Below are positions 39,712-49,781 of a DNA stretch of 64,000 nt, one piece after another. A model generated the notes under the pieces. It had not been told where the DNA came from, did no database searches, and worked only from the letters and a program-made list of their open reading frames with translations. The stretch covers positions 167,367 to 231,366 of the IMG/VR virus record IMGVR_UViG_3300030339_000003; one strand, written 5' to 3'. How positions within the stretch are numbered: position 1 is the stretch's first letter; every line of letters starts with the position of its first letter. The position numbers and the translations under genes are program-made.

Positions 39712-40971
39712 TTAAAAGCTTTCGGTACGCACATCGCCAATTGGACGGGCAGCGATTTCTTTAGGATCGGTTACCAGTTTCATTACCGCGTGTGGACGGC
39801 ACAGTGGATGACGCATTACAGCCAAACGGTTGGTGATCAGTTTCACGAATTCAGGACGGAACTGCAGCATATAACCCGCACCGATATCTTCAACCATGGT
39901 TGGGTTTTTGTCATCGGTATAATCCCAAACTTTCAGGGATGACATATCCAGGCCAGGCTGTGCAGATACAGTTTTGATGTGTTGCAACAGTGCTTCGACT
40001 TCGGTATCGAGTTCTTTAACCATAGAGTCGGCACGCATGTCGTACACTTGTTCGCTCATCGGCATGATCTGTGACCACATACGTTTGAACAACAGATCTT
40101 CAATCAGTGTCAGCGCTGGGTGCTGTTCGACATTTTTAGGGAAATACTTTTCAGCGTATTCGTTAAAGCTATTGAAAGCCGTGGTCAGACGTTTCAGACA
40201 TTGACGACCCAGTTCACCCGTGATAACGTCATCCAGATCACCTTCTTTATATGGTGCCGGAGTCAGTTGGAACTCTTCTTCGTTGTTTGGATCAACTTTG
40301 TATTCCAGACGGGAAAGTGAAACGGCCAACTGGCGCTTATCAAAGTCAATGAAGTGACTGAAGAACAGATTGTGGTTACGAACGATCGTAGTGTCGTTGA
40401 TCAGCGTTACGATATTTGCTTTTACGCGTTTAGCAGAGTCATGGTACGTACCGGCCAGTTTATCGAAGCGAGCTTCCAGTTCTGCAAAGTCACCATCGGT
40501 AACACCTTTCCAGTATTCTTCCGCTTCTGGCGAATACAGAACGCTAATCGGATAATCGCAGCCCAGGTCTTGCATGGCAAACGCTTGACCATAATGATTA
40601 GCTGCATTAGTTGGTTTGATTTCCCAGAAGCGCGGATCTTGGATTTCTGTTTGCAGAGTCGCCACGTCAAGTCCAGGTGTTGACATTTCTTTAACTAGCG
40701 CGACAACTTTAGACCAGTGTTGCTGGAACACGCGGAAGGTGCGGTATTTGCCATTGCTAAATACGAAGTTAACGTCGTAAGCTTTCACGTGGTTTATAAC
40801 ACGTGCTTTTTCGCCAACATAAGTGAATTCACGAATCAGAGAATCGGTAATAATAACATCCAGTACTGAACGGTCATCATGAGTCCCAATGCAGCTGTCG
40901 AAGAAACGAGCGAATGCGAGCTGAGCGGGTTGATGATCTACTGCTGCTTTCAATGTGATAACGTTTGACAT
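39712..40971 (-). CDS. Hypothetical early protein (419 aa)
   Basis: Long ORF, AAAGGA RBS, high-expression codon style. Confidence 0.85.
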   Translation of the reverse strand: MSNVITLKAAVDHQPAQLAFARFFDSCIGTHDDRSVLDVIITDSLIREFTYVGEKARVINHVKAYDVNFVFSNGKYRTFRVFQQHWSKVVALVKEMSTPGLDVATLQTEIQDPRFWEIKPTNAANHYGQAFAMQDLGCDYPISVLYSPEAEEYWKGVTDGDFAELEARFDKLAGTYHDSAKRVKANIVTLINDTTIVRNHNLFFSHFIDFDKRQLAVSLSRLEYKVDPNNEEEFQLTPAPYKEGDLDDVITGELGRQCLKRLTTAFNSFNEYAEKYFPKNVEQHPALTLIEDLLFKRMWSQIMPMSEQVYDMRADSMVKELDTEVEALLQHIKTVSAQPGLDMSSLKVWDYTDDKNPTMVEDIGAGYMLQFRPEFVKLITNRLAVMRHPLCRPHAVMKLVTDPKEIAARPIGDVRTESF

Positions 40972-40998
40972 TACGTAAATATCCTTTGGTTAATGTAA

Positions 40999-41193
40999 TT
41001 AAAAATCTTGTTTATTTTCTAACAAAACAACCAGCGCCTTTAACTCTTGCAAAGTAAAGGTGCCATCTAAAACTGTCTCTTGTTCTTCAGCACGCATTTC
41101 TACGTAACCAAAGTCTTGAGCGTCCGAAGCTTTTTGTAAATATTCTTTAGCTTCCTTTACCGAAAGGAAATTAATTACGACAGGTACACCCAT
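40999..41193 (-). CDS. Small hypothetical protein
   Basis: AAGGA RBS before MGVPVV; first gene after early promoter. Confidence 0.65.
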   Translation of the reverse strand: MGVPVVINFLSVKEAKEYLQKASDAQDFGYVEMRAEEQETVLDGTFTLQELKALVVLLENKQDF

Positions 41194-41259
41194 AAGAAAA
41201 TCCTTAGTATGTGACAATAAAAACATATTACAGTTAAAATTAATTATGATTACTACTCT

Positions 41260-41279
41260 TTAATGATATAGGTCTGAAA
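41260..41279 (-). promoter_or_regulatory. Early promoter variant
   Basis: TTTCAGACCTATATCATTAA. Confidence 0.55.
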
Positions 41280-41299
41280 TTATAACGTACGGAGCTATT

Positions 41300-43363
41300 A
41301 TGTTTGATTTTCTCTTCGATCCATCTATTGAACAAATTAATGACTACTATATTTTCAAAGGCATTCCGTATTACCCTTTATATATGGATTTCCAAAATGC
41401 TTATGGAACAACTTATTTACCTAAAGCCATATTAGAAAAAATAAACCGTTATAGCTTTAGAGTGCATAAGTTTTTCTTAGTGGAATTTCATTACACGTTA
41501 GTACGCATTATTAACCAACGTCGTTTAAAAACACCACTTGATAAGTTACTTAAGTTACAACTAATGATCGAAACCGAAACTTGGTTTGAACGTACGATTA
41601 ACTTAAAGAACTTAGATGACTTCAATAAAGTAAAAGACCAATTTCACACCAAACCCGAACCGCTACAAGATTTGTTCCTTCGTTCTTACAAATCTGTTAA
41701 ATATGCGTATTATTTAAAGGGTTGGTTATTAGATGGTAAAGTAGGGTCAGGTAAAACACTGGCTGCTATTATGTGGTCTGTCATGGTTAATAACTTACCC
41801 ACAATAGTAGTCGCTCCCGACATCGTAGTGAACAGTGTGTGGGTTAAAGAATTTATTAAGCATTTTAAACGACCTCCTAAAGTCTGGACGTCATTAGATG
41901 AATCTTTACCATTAGACTTTGGTTATGACTATTATGTAATCCATTATTCCGCCTTAACGTCTAACCAAGGTGAATCATTCAGTTATTTCTTAAAAGATAT
42001 TACTAAACATTATAAAAGCCCAATTAAATTAATCATTGATGAATCACATAACTTTAATGATGAAACCTCTAAACGTTCTCAGTTAATGACAGCGTGGGCC
42101 GATTCTAATTTCTTTAGTGATACTCTGTGTTTGTCCGGTACACCTTTAAAAGCACAAGGTCGTGAAACCTTTACACTGTTTACTATGATCGATGCGTTGT
42201 TTGTAGGTAAAGCGCGTAAAGCATTCTTTGAACTTTACGGTAAGTCACGTGAAAATCTAAATGAATTACTCAACCACCGTATTGGTCGTAGCAAGTTTAC
42301 CATTCCAGAAGTAACCGGATTAGGGCGAGCGGCTCCAGTAGAAACCATTGACATTGAAATTCCTAATGGTGAACGGTTTACTTTAAAGAATGTTCGTTCA
42401 GAAATGATGTTGTATATAGAAGAACGTATTAAGTTTTACTATGAACATCTTCCTGTATATACGGCTTTCTTTTGGAAGTGTGTAGACGATTACGGTCATA
42501 ACGTAAAGTCAAGTAAAAATGATTATGCTGATTATGAACGTTATGTTACTATTGTTAAACGTTTCCGTGATAAAGGTTACCGTACGTTTGATGAAAAGGA
42601 TAACGCGGACAATCTTTTCTGTAAAAAGATCGAAGAAGAGATTATGGATTTCTTACCGCGTGATATCCGTAAGGAATTCAAGAACGTACGCTCCGCAGTG
42701 AAGTACCTGGGACTTAAAATACGTGGTGAGGCATTGGGCAACGTATTAGGTAAGATGCGCATAGAAGCCGCTACAGCGCTTATTAGACACGCCGGAATAC
42801 CTACCTTAATTAAAGCAGTTAAGAAGAAAACGTTAATCTTTAGTTCTTATGTTGATACGGTTAAATATACTGTTGAATACCTTAAAGAAAACGGATTCAA
42901 ACCAATTGCTATTTATGGCGAAGTGTCTTCTGAACGCGATGCGTCTTTAACTTATTTAGCTGATGACCCTACTGCTAACCCAGGTGTCACTACCTTCAAA
43001 TCTTTAAAAGAAGGCGTGCCTTGTATCTTTGCAAACCAGGTCATTATGACTGATTCACCTTATCGTGAATATATCTTGACACAAGTTATCGCTCGTGTAT
43101 GGCGTAAAGGCCAAGACGAAGAATGTTTCTTCTGGTTATTGAACTTAGACACCGGTAATGAAATTAACATTGCTAGTCGTTCTATTGACATTATGAAATG
43201 GTCAGCAGAACAAGTCGATCAGTTAATCAGTAAAGCGGCAGGTTATGGTGGTATGGATGAGTTGAAAGGTGTTATGGGAGCCGAGTGCTTAGCCTGTGAT
43301 ATATGGGAAGAAGAACAAAGCTATCCAATCATGAAACGTCAAACCACATTTAGCATATTCTAA
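41300..43363 (+). CDS. SF2 (SNF2/DEAD-like) helicase
   Basis: DGKVGSGKT, IIDESHN, LSGTP, QVIARVWRKGQ. Confidence 0.92.
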   Translation: MFDFLFDPSIEQINDYYIFKGIPYYPLYMDFQNAYGTTYLPKAILEKINRYSFRVHKFFLVEFHYTLVRIINQRRLKTPLDKLLKLQLMIETETWFERTINLKNLDDFNKVKDQFHTKPEPLQDLFLRSYKSVKYAYYLKGWLLDGKVGSGKTLAAIMWSVMVNNLPTIVVAPDIVVNSVWVKEFIKHFKRPPKVWTSLDESLPLDFGYDYYVIHYSALTSNQGESFSYFLKDITKHYKSPIKLIIDESHNFNDETSKRSQLMTAWADSNFFSDTLCLSGTPLKAQGRETFTLFTMIDALFVGKARKAFFELYGKSRENLNELLNHRIGRSKFTIPEVTGLGRAAPVETIDIEIPNGERFTLKNVRSEMMLYIEERIKFYYEHLPVYTAFFWKCVDDYGHNVKSSKNDYADYERYVTIVKRFRDKGYRTFDEKDNADNLFCKKIEEEIMDFLPRDIRKEFKNVRSAVKYLGLKIRGEALGNVLGKMRIEAATALIRHAGIPTLIKAVKKKTLIFSSYVDTVKYTVEYLKENGFKPIAIYGEVSSERDASLTYLADDPTANPGVTTFKSLKEGVPCIFANQVIMTDSPYREYILTQVIARVWRKGQDEECFFWLLNLDTGNEINIASRSIDIMKWSAEQVDQLISKAAGYGGMDELKGVMGAECLACDIWEEEQSYPIMKRQTTFSIF

Positions 43364-43378
43364 AAAGCAAACATAAAT

Positions 43379-43408
43379 AACTACTACTCCCTTGCGGGAG
43401 TAGTAGTT
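43379..43408. terminator. Bidirectional terminator
   Basis: aactactactccc-ttgc-gggagtagtagtt. Confidence 0.8.
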
Positions 43409-43429
43409 AGCATTATTCAACTTACCGTA

Positions 43430-44074
43430 TTACATGGTAGCTTGGTAAGCAGTTGCGTCCAGATGACCGTAGTCAGTTGCTGGGATGTCGAGGTATGCTA
43501 CGCCGACCGGTGCATGATAAACTGCATCTTTGATGTAGTTATCAGCAAACACGTAAGTGTTGCCGGAAGTGGTAGTAGTTACAGAATCATCGAAATCATA
43601 GATGATAGCCGCTTTGATTGAAGCCAGTACAGCAGCCTGAGTCGCAGATTCGATTTGACCAGTTGGCGTGCCGCCCGCGATTGGTGCGTGAACTACCAGC
43701 AGTGCAGTTGCGTTGCTCAGTTCAGGAACAGCTACCTGATAAACACCTGCTTCTTCGATGTGGGTAATTGCATCGAGGAAAGAAGCCTGGTCAGTTACGC
43801 CGTCAAGTGTTTTGACAGTATAAGGCAGGATCTTTTGGTTTTGCAGAGTAGCACGAGTCCATGACTGTGCATCGCCGCGGAAGTTTTTGGTGGTGGAAAC
43901 AACGTTAGCAGAAATAACGCCGGTGCCTTCATCTTCAGTGATTGCACTGATTTGAAGATCAGCTTCAACCAAGCCATCAAACAGAGCGGCTTCGGCAGGA
44001 GTGGCGGAATAACGATCTTTGTTAAAAACGCTAAATGCGTTAATAAACAACTCTAGGGACTTTTTAGTAGCCAT
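43430..44074 (-). CDS. Probable virion structural/decoration protein
   Basis: Ala/Thr-rich, high-expression codons, homologous to N-terminus of 58544..59716. Confidence 0.5.
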   Translation of the reverse strand: MATKKSLELFINAFSVFNKDRYSATPAEAALFDGLVEADLQISAITEDEGTGVISANVVSTTKNFRGDAQSWTRATLQNQKILPYTVKTLDGVTDQASFLDAITHIEEAGVYQVAVPELSNATALLVVHAPIAGGTPTGQIESATQAAVLASIKAAIIYDFDDSVTTTTSGNTYVFADNYIKDAVYHAPVGVAYLDIPATDYGHLDATAYQATM

Positions 44075-44139
44075 GGCAATGAATATCCTTTAGTGGACGG
44101 AGGTTGTTGTATTTCGTGTGTACGTACAAATACATAAAA

Positions 44140-44553
44140 TTATATCACCCAGTAGATAATAGCACCGAGTGTTGTGATCCAAAATAAATCAATATCAACA
44201 AATTCATTACTTCGGAGTATGGAATAAATTATGTACAGTAAATGGAAAGCAATTATCCAAATTAAATAAGTGACTACATACATAAAACTAAATGCATTAT
44301 GTATTTTTGTTTCATGATAAACACATAGTGAAAACAACAACATTTGGTATATAAATAAGAAAAATTTCCATTGTGGTGTTAAAACGTATCGGATATGTTT
44401 TCTTACGTTAGAGATAACATGAATAACCGGTTTAAACATAATTGTCTGTCCATCAAAATTAAAAGACGTTATAACTATTATATTTATTACTGTGGCACAA
44501 AATTGAAACAAAAAAATAAAGAACAACTGGTAGAGCGCAATGCGCTCTACCAA
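44140..44553 (-). CDS. Multi-pass membrane protein
   Basis: About four hydrophobic segments. Confidence 0.65.
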   Translation of the reverse strand: MVERIALYQLFFIFLFQFCATVINIIVITSFNFDGQTIMFKPVIHVISNVRKHIRYVLTPQWKFFLFIYQMLLFSLCVYHETKIHNAFSFMYVVTYLIWIIAFHLLYIIYSILRSNEFVDIDLFWITTLGAIIYWVI

Positions 44554-44557
44554 TATG

Positions 44558-44947
44558 TCATTTTTGATTTAAGTAAATAAATGAATAGACTTTGTTCAAA
44601 AATGTAAATGATTTTTCGCACTGGGCTTTTTCTTCCTTTGTAGCCGCAGCGATGTCCAAAATTTCATAATTGTTAATGAGTGTGTACAATCCCGCTTTAG
44701 AATAGTTGCATTGCATTATTTTCTTTAATTCGCGACGCGCTGTGACGCCCAATGGTTTCTTTTCAATTATCTTAATTAAACCATTCGTTAATTTTTCATT
44801 GCGAGTGAATTTAGTTAAGAATAAACTACGGCGGGTTTCTTCTGGTGTGGTAGTATCGTTATTACGTTCATCAACTAACCGGCAATCCACAATGTGTTCA
44901 ATGGACGGAGATTTACTGCGAAAGAAATTTTGAATTATTTTAAACAT
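44558..44947 (-). CDS. Hypothetical protein
   Basis: 129-aa ORF, AAGGA RBS. Confidence 0.7.
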   Translation of the reverse strand: MFKIIQNFFRSKSPSIEHIVDCRLVDERNNDTTTPEETRRSLFLTKFTRNEKLTNGLIKIIEKKPLGVTARRELKKIMQCNYSKAGLYTLINNYEILDIAAATKEEKAQCEKSFTFLNKVYSFIYLNQK

Positions 44948-45001
44948 GACAATTGGTCCTTATAATTACCTGGGGTTTACCACCCCAGGCTAAGGCGTTA
45001 A

Positions 45002-46627
45002 TTAAAAACTTACAGCGCCAGATTTATTACCTAGCATGATGCTAGACGTATTAGCTAAAATCTTAGCGGTGGCAAATGCGCCTTTCAAAGCAGTAATTGA
45101 TGCATAGGCGGTATCGTACACGCCCAGGTATTCAGGTGTTCCTTGTTTGGTTGTTGCTAAGTTGACGATTTCCTTATAGGCAAGCATGGCAGGGAAGTTC
45201 TGACCAAAATCAATTGTTGAATCATAAATGCCCATGTCTTTGGTCAGATGCAACCATTGTTCAAAACAGACTTTTACGAAATCAGCAATCAGTGGTTCGC
45301 GTTCATATTGTAACGCTACAGTAAATGCGGCTTTACGAAGTGCAGTACCACAGCCAGGCAAGATGCCGTTTTCCAATGCGGACCTGACAGCCAACACAAC
45401 GTCATCATAACGGTCTTTACGCTCTTTGATTTCGTTTGGTGTTTCACCGCCCACATACACGGTTACGATCTCACTACGAAGCGCATAGAGACGTTTCTGA
45501 GTAGCACGACCATACGGACTATAACGACGCTGCGCACCTAAAGACTCTAATGAATCTTCGATATGTTTAGCCCGCTCTTCAATCCGTAATTGTGTTTCTT
45601 CGTTCATGCTTTTGATAATGGTTTGGTTTAGACTACTGATAATAGTTTCTTTACAAACCGTTAAGGTTGTAGATTCCAAATCAGTGAAAGCCGGAACTGT
45701 TTCAGCGCCTAACACGGTGGCCACGTCACCCAGAATTGCAGTGCCGATAGAACCGCCAGTCGAAGTACGGAATACTACAAACTTTTTATCGCCATGTGAC
45801 TCAGACAATGCCTGGTTGGTACTCAGAACCAAACCGACAAAACGATTGTCAACATTAGGCGCAACTAACCCGATACGATTGTTTGGATAGGTTTTAGCCA
45901 GCAAACGTAATTGCGTGAAGACTACTGAATCAGTAAGAGAACCATCAATAATTAAATTACGGTTAATGACGGCAAATACCATATCGGTAAATTCCGTATC
46001 AGCACCATTACCAAACGTACTAAACACACCATCAGCCAGAGTCATATGAACTGAATGACCTTGGGACTCCATGATCTTATCCTGCGCGCTGGAAGATTCA
46101 TAAATTTCAACCATCGGGAAACGATCTTTGTTACGATAGATATCCAGAACGTTTTTGGTAATCCCGTCGTCCTGATTAGCTGTGGTCAACGCCATGTCAT
46201 ACAGACGTGCGTCGTCACGAGTCAGATCGATAGTATCCTTCTTCAGTTGCTCGATGGTTTGATGTACCAAATCTTCAATACGCTTAGTGCTAACAAAGCC
46301 AGGGTATTTCAACAACAGATCGTAAAAGTATTTCATAAGAAACACAGTTGTGGTTGTACCATCACCACATTCGTTTTCAGTTTTACGAGCCGCTTCTTCA
46401 ATGATGCGGTTAATGCGTTCAGCGTGAGCGTCGTCCATTTCTAGACAACCTGCTACTGTTGCACCATCTTTAGTGGTTTGAGTTGCTGTACCTTCGGCAT
46501 ACACTACCACATTACCATTGGGACCCATGGTAGAAGTCACAATTTCAAAAACAGTATTCACTGTATCGGTAATTACTTTGCGCGTTTCATCTTTACCCAA
46601 AGCTTTAGGGCGTGTAGTTAAAGTCAT
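45002..46627 (-). CDS. groEL: Phage GroEL-like chaperonin (EL gp146-like)
   Basis: STMGPNG, TTKDGATVA, GDGTTTT, VGGET..EIKERKDRYDD, GILPGCG. Confidence 0.95.
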   Translation of the reverse strand: MTLTTRPKALGKDETRKVITDTVNTVFEIVTSTMGPNGNVVVYAEGTATQTTKDGATVAGCLEMDDAHAERINRIIEEAARKTENECGDGTTTTVFLMKYFYDLLLKYPGFVSTKRIEDLVHQTIEQLKKDTIDLTRDDARLYDMALTTANQDDGITKNVLDIYRNKDRFPMVEIYESSSAQDKIMESQGHSVHMTLADGVFSTFGNGADTEFTDMVFAVINRNLIIDGSLTDSVVFTQLRLLAKTYPNNRIGLVAPNVDNRFVGLVLSTNQALSESHGDKKFVVFRTSTGGSIGTAILGDVATVLGAETVPAFTDLESTTLTVCKETIISSLNQTIIKSMNEETQLRIEERAKHIEDSLESLGAQRRYSPYGRATQKRLYALRSEIVTVYVGGETPNEIKERKDRYDDVVLAVRSALENGILPGCGTALRKAAFTVALQYEREPLIADFVKVCFEQWLHLTKDMGIYDSTIDFGQNFPAMLAYKEIVNLATTKQGTPEYLGVYDTAYASITALKGAFATAKILANTSSIMLGNKSGAVSF

Positions 46628-46676
46628 TTTTAAATCCTTGTTAGTGTGTTATAGAAAATAGCTAATACATTACACT

Positions 46677-46696
46677 TAAGTAATATAGGTTCAAAT
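46677..46696 (-). promoter_or_regulatory. Early promoter upstream of chaperonin
   Basis: ATTTGAACCTATATTACTTA. Confidence 0.75.
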
Positions 46697-47131
46697 TTAA
46701 TTGGTCATTAAAACCAAAGTATTACCCAGTGGTTGTGCGGTGAAAAAGAAACATTCATTGCCAATTGATAAATCGGTAATCTTTAATCCTTTATTAATAA
46801 GTTCATCCGTTGATGTATATTCTGGACAAATGTCCCTGTTCAAAAACGTCATGTTACAAACTGATACCCGAAGCTGAAGACTGGTAGGGTTACGACCACT
46901 TGCTTCGATAATTGTTAAGATTTTCTTTTCACACAAAGTAAACGCTTTTGTATGAGGAATCATCTTAGAATTGCCCATGTAGTTTTTTACAAAATCATGG
47001 ACTTCTTCATTTTGAAGTAAGTCAAGTGCAATTGCATCTATGCGCTTTATCACTTGATCAACACATTTGCGATTAGCATTAACGTCGCGTTTGTTAATCA
47101 AATGTTTAATGAATTTTTTAATCATTTTCAT
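46697..47131 (-). CDS. Hypothetical protein
   Basis: 144-aa ORF. Confidence 0.65.
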   Translation of the reverse strand: MKMIKKFIKHLINKRDVNANRKCVDQVIKRIDAIALDLLQNEEVHDFVKNYMGNSKMIPHTKAFTLCEKKILTIIEASGRNPTSLQLRVSVCNMTFLNRDICPEYTSTDELINKGLKITDLSIGNECFFFTAQPLGNTLVLMTN

Positions 47132-47212
47132 AATCCAAAAAAATAAGGGGAATAGTCCGTTTCCCCTTATATAAAAGTCCTCGTTAAAGGACGGCCAAAA
47201 AACACATTGTAG

Positions 47213-47932
47213 TTAGAGTGCGATCAATAAACCTAATTCTGAAACACGAACAAAATACTGTTCCGCTAAAGTTTCAACAAAATACGGGTTATGATAAAAA
47301 CTCGGTATTGCTTGTTTTGCTTTTTGCACAGGCGGGACATTCATATTAGGCTTAGCCGCCAATGCATCTGCCGCTGCCAAAACTTTATCATTATCCGCCC
47401 CTAGCATTTCTTGAAGCTTATTTAATACACTTTGAGAATGTCTTTCTAAGCTAACTTCAACACCAGCAACGAGATCAGTTATTTCTTTTGGTACTAAGTT
47501 ACCATAAAGACCTGCCATTCGTTTATCTACGAGATCTTGCGTCGCTTTGTCATCACGCACAAAACGTAAATAAGATCGGCCATCAACGACAATTAAATCA
47601 AAACGATACACTGTGCTGTTATCGGTAAAATCATCAAACCGATGAAATACGTCATAGCCCAAATCATAATTATTTTGTATTTCTTTTGAAACAATATGAG
47701 GATATTCTGGAACTTGGTGATTAGTAAATAAATCACTTAGTAAGCGTATAATACGACCCCCCATATCTCGACCAGCATGAGGGCTTATTTCGTCGTGCTG
47801 ACGACAATAATCATTTTGTACTACATCGCAAACACGACGATGATGTTCGGTATAATAACCCGGAATACCGTCAACATTAACTTTTTTTGGTTCTTTATAA
47901 AAATTCTGATCACTTAAATCTCTTACACTCAT
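47213..47932 (-). CDS. Hypothetical protein
   Basis: 239-aa ORF, GGAG RBS. Confidence 0.75.
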   Translation of the reverse strand: MSVRDLSDQNFYKEPKKVNVDGIPGYYTEHHRRVCDVVQNDYCRQHDEISPHAGRDMGGRIIRLLSDLFTNHQVPEYPHIVSKEIQNNYDLGYDVFHRFDDFTDNSTVYRFDLIVVDGRSYLRFVRDDKATQDLVDKRMAGLYGNLVPKEITDLVAGVEVSLERHSQSVLNKLQEMLGADNDKVLAAADALAAKPNMNVPPVQKAKQAIPSFYHNPYFVETLAEQYFVRVSELGLLIAL

Positions 47933-47934
47933 TT

Positions 47935-48216
47935 CTAACTCCTTAATTTACCAGTTGAATACGAAGGCATAACTTTTGCTTGCTCTTTCTTAATACGACG
48001 AGCAGACATTTTACGCTTCTGATTTTTAGTTAACGCTTCACGTACCAAGCGCGTTTTAAAACGAATACCACAGTTTACTTCAGGAGATAATTTACTAATA
48101 GGTACAACGTCTGGTTTAGTATGAAATAAATTACTGCGTTTCGCATACCCCATCAAAATATTTCCGATAGGTAACTCGCGCGAACTAATTAATACAACAT
48201 CTTTATCGTTAGACAT
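47935..48216 (-). CDS. Small basic protein
   Basis: 93 aa, Lys/Arg-rich C-terminus, behind promoter variant. Confidence 0.7.
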   Translation of the reverse strand: MSNDKDVVLISSRELPIGNILMGYAKRSNLFHTKPDVVPISKLSPEVNCGIRFKTRLVREALTKNQKRKMSARRIKKEQAKVMPSYSTGKLRS

Positions 48217-48253
48217 TACGCACCTTTAAATAATGATTACAGGTTTATCTACT

Positions 48254-48273
48254 CTAATAATGTAGGTCTGAAA
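48254..48273 (-). promoter_or_regulatory. Early promoter variant
   Basis: TTTCAGACCTACATTATTAG. Confidence 0.5.
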
Positions 48274-48302
48274 TATTAACAGTGAAAATAAAAATAACGT
48301 AA

Positions 48303-48332
48303 TATTACTCCTACCTCACGGTAGGAGTAATA
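48303..48332. terminator. Intrinsic terminator (ACTCCTACC family)
   Basis: tattactcctacc-tcac-ggtaggagtaata. Confidence 0.8.
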
Positions 48333-48343
48333 GATTAGATCAC

Positions 48344-48853
48344 TTACTCGCGATTTTTACGACGAGCTTTCATGTGTTTAATAACAACATCTTGCAAACT
48401 ACTTTTTGATGCTGGTGTTGCAGCCATAAGAACATCGATTTCACCACGACGTAACCCGCCTTCTGGCATACGGCCTGTTTGTTGGATAGTACGACAATGG
48501 CTCGTTAATGAAGAATGTACAGATTTATCTGCATTTGATTGGCAATGGCATTGTGCGCATTTACCGTCATCTTTTGCTTTAATACGACCGGCCTTTTGAA
48601 TATCGTGCTCTAAAGGCAAAATTGGCGTGAGATATGCACACTGAACGTCAGTGTCAGTGACCTGCTCTTTACGACTGATGTTCATTTCGGCGTCAGTACA
48701 AGGCAGAACCGGAACTGGAAGACCTTTTGCTGCTAACAGTATACGTTGAGCGGTTTTACCGCTAAAATACAAACGAGCCGGAGCACCAATAGCAACCATT
48801 GGTTTCAGTTCACTATTACCCAGGATATCTTTTACTTTGTTTTCTTTAGACAT
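48344..48853 (-). CDS. Hypothetical protein
   Basis: 169 aa; CxxCxC cluster; GGLRRGE segment. Confidence 0.7.
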   Translation of the reverse strand: MSKENKVKDILGNSELKPMVAIGAPARLYFSGKTAQRILLAAKGLPVPVLPCTDAEMNISRKEQVTDTDVQCAYLTPILPLEHDIQKAGRIKAKDDGKCAQCHCQSNADKSVHSSLTSHCRTIQQTGRMPEGGLRRGEIDVLMAATPASKSSLQDVVIKHMKARRKNRE

Positions 48854-48974
48854 AACTTATTTCCTTTTAAACGTTTGTGTGACTAAGTGGGGTTAACGTA
48901 ATATTAAGAATTTCATATAACCCCTTACCCCACTTAGCCGTTGTTTAGTATTTAATATGTTTAACAGTTAAAAA

Positions 48975-49325
48975 TTAATTAACTGTACCGAAAGTAAAAT
49001 TACCTTTGTTTGTTTGTACAACAAACCCAGTATAATTGCAATCGTTATAGATACGATATACTGCGACCGCACCACGTTCTAACACAGCAGGTGTAGCAAA
49101 CTTACCCTTACACTCTGCACCAGCAAAAGCAATGTTAGTGATTGTCAGTTCGTCACTGACGTTAGTAATGATCATATCTTTAAAATGATACGCTTTATCA
49201 CCAGAACGAATATCGCCAAAAGAACTGTAGATCTGAAGCACATTATCAGCAGGGAAAGACTGAGCATTTGCAATACCACACACAAACAAACCTAACCCTA
49301 CAACAGCTGATTTTAACATGTTCAT
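48975..49325 (-). CDS. Secreted protein (paralog of 49782..50156)
   Basis: Signal peptide ending ANA-Q; two Cys; TNKG motif. Confidence 0.75.
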   Translation of the reverse strand: MNMLKSAVVGLGLFVCGIANAQSFPADNVLQIYSSFGDIRSGDKAYHFKDMIITNVSDELTITNIAFAGAECKGKFATPAVLERGAVAVYRIYNDCNYTGFVVQTNKGNFTFGTVN

Positions 49326-49334
49326 TTAATTACC

Positions 49335-49769
49335 TTATTTTTCACGAGAATCTTCAATGAGTACAAACATAACTTCATCGCCGCCACGCTTTTGGTTAAA
49401 GTTTTCCAATGTACGAGCAAAGGCCCGCAATTCGTCAGAGTCTTTACCAAAAATATCGTCCAGGAAACTAAAGGTCAATTCTTCATGAATACCAAACCCA
49501 TACAGATGTTCGGTTAATGGGAGTTGCCAATTTGTTTCCTCTTCTTCAACCAGTTCACGACGCGTCGCCAATAAAAGATCTAAAGTCAACTCATCGATAC
49601 CGACAACCTTTTTACAATCATCAGTTACACTGCTGTCGATTTCATTATAATCTTTGGTAATTTCACCAGAGTTCAAGAAATCAAAAGCATCGTCAACACT
49701 TCCATCACAAATAGTACTCAACACTTCTTCATTCAAAATATACAAACGTGCAATAATTGGAGAAGACAT
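49335..49769 (-). CDS. Acidic hypothetical protein
   Basis: 144-aa ORF. Confidence 0.75.
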   Translation of the reverse strand: MSSPIIARLYILNEEVLSTICDGSVDDAFDFLNSGEITKDYNEIDSSVTDDCKKVVGIDELTLDLLLATRRELVEEEETNWQLPLTEHLYGFGIHEELTFSFLDDIFGKDSDELRAFARTLENFNQKRGGDEVMFVLIEDSREK

Positions 49770-49781
49770 ATTAAACCCCTT

